Notes under the pieces: generated by a model | What the model was told of the DNA's origin: nothing | Databases searched by the model: none | What the model saw: only the letters and a program-made list of their open reading frames with translations | Translations under genes and position numbers: made by a program | Virus record (IMG/VR): IMGVR_UViG_3300021420_000016 | Location: 90,049 to 154,048 of that record | Strand: one strand, 5' to 3' | From: a virus | Length of the DNA: 64,000 nucleotides | Part shown: one piece after another, positions 62,576 through 64,000 of the stretch | How the letters are laid out: every line of letters begins with the position of its first letter | How positions within the stretch are numbered: the stretch's first letter is position 1

Positions 62576-62964
62576 ATGACGATCACCGACCCTAAGCACA
62601 GAGGCGACTGTGAGCGTGACCTCTGGGCAGGTGACTGCCCGTGCGTCACAGGACAGTCGGCGCCAACCTACTGCCAGCATTGCGGACTCGATATCGTGCG
62701 CGACTGGCGCGGCGTTTGGGAGTCTAAGGGACTCACCCCCGCCGTGAGGCGAGAGTGCTGGGACTCACCAGACCACAGGCACCAGCCGTGAGCAGGCCAT
62801 TCGCGTGGATGACACGCAAGCAGGCCACGGCGGTGCAGGCACGTACCTGCCCGTTGTGCGGGATGCCGCCCGGCTGGCTGTGTCGCACGCCAGGCAAGTC
62901 CGTGGCGGACGCGCGGGAATTGCGCTACCCGCACCCCGCTAGGCGGGATGCCCCCCAGGGGTAG
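62576..62964 (+). CDS. Two small zinc-finger proteins (62576-62791; 62788-62964)
   Basis: CPC..YCQHCG..C; CPLCG.PPG..C.T..HPAR; GTGA overlap. Confidence 0.7.
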
Positions 62965-63213
62965 GGGAGACGGCCCGACCGCCCGATATCCGCGGTCGGC
63001 TTGGGTGGCCAGCACATAGCCACTTTGCCTATTGTTAAAGTAGGAAATTTTTCCTTCGACCACCCCTCCAACTTTCGTGTCCCATTTTCCCTCCGCACGT
63101 AAGCCGCTCATGCCCGTCATGCTATGGCTCGTCCCTGACGTTTTCCTTGCACTGTTCTTGATCTCGCACGTAAGGGGCCTCGCGCTATGGCGGCATTGCG
63201 CTATAGTTACTTC

Positions 63214-63408
63214 ATGGCTAGGGACGTGCCCCCGGAGGGGCCTTGGGTGAACCTGTCGGTGTCGTTGCGCCAAGCCGACCGCGAACGGGCAGAGAGGGCC
63301 GCAGGGGCTGCCGGGCTGCGGAACGCGAGAGGCGAACCGAATGTGAGCGCCTGGGCGCGGCCGGTCCTTCTCGCGGCTCTGGATGCCACCGAAGGCGGCA
63401 CCTCGTGA
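63214..63408 (+). CDS. Small RHH-like protein
   Basis: VNLSVSLRQADRERAERAAGAAG..NVSAWARPVLLAAL. Confidence 0.6.
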   Translation: MARDVPPEGPWVNLSVSLRQADRERAERAAGAAGLRNARGEPNVSAWARPVLLAALDATEGGTS

Positions 63409-64000
63409 AACATTTGGTGCAGTACTCCACCGGAGCCGCTTCCGCCGAGGTCGCATATCGCGCAGTCCAGGAGCACGGCTCGGAGAACGTTGTACTCCTG
63501 TCCGCTGACACCCTTGTCGAGGACCAGGACAACTGGCGGTTCGGCGACGAGGTAGCGCGCCTGCTCGGCTGCGAGTGGGTTATCCTCGCCGATGGCCGTA
63601 CCCCCATGCAGGTAGGCCGTGACCGGAAAGTCGTCCCATCCGACCGGCTGGATGTGTGTTCTCAGCTCCTCAAACGCAGGGTGCTCTGGGATTACATGCA
63701 GCGAAACCACGACCCCGCTGCCTCTGTGATCTACATCGGATATGACTGGACTGAGCCGCACCGGTTCAGGGCGGCACAGCCCAACTGGGCACCTTGGACC
63801 GTCCGCGCGCCCCTCATGGATCCTCCGTATATGTGGAAGCAGGGCATCCTCGACACTTGGCGCGAGCGCGGGATCGCACCGCCCCGCCTGTATGGCCGGG
63901 GCCTCGGGCACGCCAACTGCGGCGGGTTCTGTGTTCGCGGCGGTATAGCCGAATGGAACAAGGGCCTTGAGGCTGACAGGGCCGGCTATCTAGTCTGGGA
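63405..64000 (+). CDS. PAPS-reductase / adenine nucleotide alpha-hydrolase-like protein, truncated by window end (not in ORF track)
   Basis: Translated by hand: MKHLVQYSTGAASA..ADTLVEDQD..CSQLLK..IYIGYDWTE..RLY..G.GHANCGGFCVRGG. Confidence 0.8.
   Translation, partial: MKHLVQYSTGAASAEVAYRAVQEHGSENVVLLSADTLVEDQDNWRFGDEVARLLGCEWVILADGRTPMQVGRDRKVVPSDRLDVCSQLLKRRVLWDYMQRNHDPAASVIYIGYDWTEPHRFRAAQPNWAPWTVRAPLMDPPYMWKQGILDTWRERGIAPPRLYGRGLGHANCGGFCVRGGIAEWNKGLEADRAGYLVW

Larger units (their letters stand above)
1..64000. mobile_element. Part of a large actinobacterial (pro)phage or phage/ICE hybrid; structural genes and integrase not in window
   Basis: Tightly coupled (ATGA/GTGA overlaps) small ORFs. 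Phage-type replication/recombination genes, Cro/CI-like divergent pair, AICE-like transfer genes. No housekeeping operons. Confidence 0.85.

Noticed and set aside
62955-63030. tRNA gene
   Set aside because: No T-loop GTTCRA or cloverleaf found

Overview
High-GC actinobacterial mobile DNA, most likely a 64 kb internal slice of a large temperate phage or a phage/ICE hybrid. No capsid, tail, terminase, integrase, rRNA, tRNA or CRISPR array was recognised. All protein calls are by-eye motif recognition, with no database search. Five blocks are visible. (1) 1-12.9 kb is a leftward replication/recombination/DNA-modification operon: Mom-like protein, amino-MTase, DnaB, replication initiator, C5-MTase, RusA-like, HD hydrolase, HNH, phiC31 gp3-like protein and a PD-(D/E)XK exonuclease. 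It sits behind a Cro/repressor-like switch at about 12.9 kb. (2) 15.9-27.2 kb is an AICE-style transfer module: DUF2637/SpdA-like gene containing an 8-bp repeat cluster, FtsK/SpoIIIE translocase, membrane proteins, a wall-hydrolase candidate, and a divergent DUF6879 + Xre/DUF5753 regulator. (3) 27.3-38.7 kb is mostly rightward accessory genes. (4) 38.7-62.5 kb is an array of about 55 small leftward ORFs, including ArdA-like and acidic DNA-mimic candidates. It has a repeated start-associated 10-mer AGGCGAAGGG (20 copies here, 22 in the window), TGATATCAT extended -10 promoters overlapped by ATATC-N5-GATAT inverted repeats, and structured leaders with compensatory changes. (5) 62.6-64 kb is rightward genes ending in a truncated PAPS-reductase-like gene. 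The best candidates for new biology are the cassette-like early-gene array with its own expression grammar, simple-sequence repeats inside all three DNA-modification genes, and a phage-associated TraB-like module built on a chromosome-type FtsK motor.
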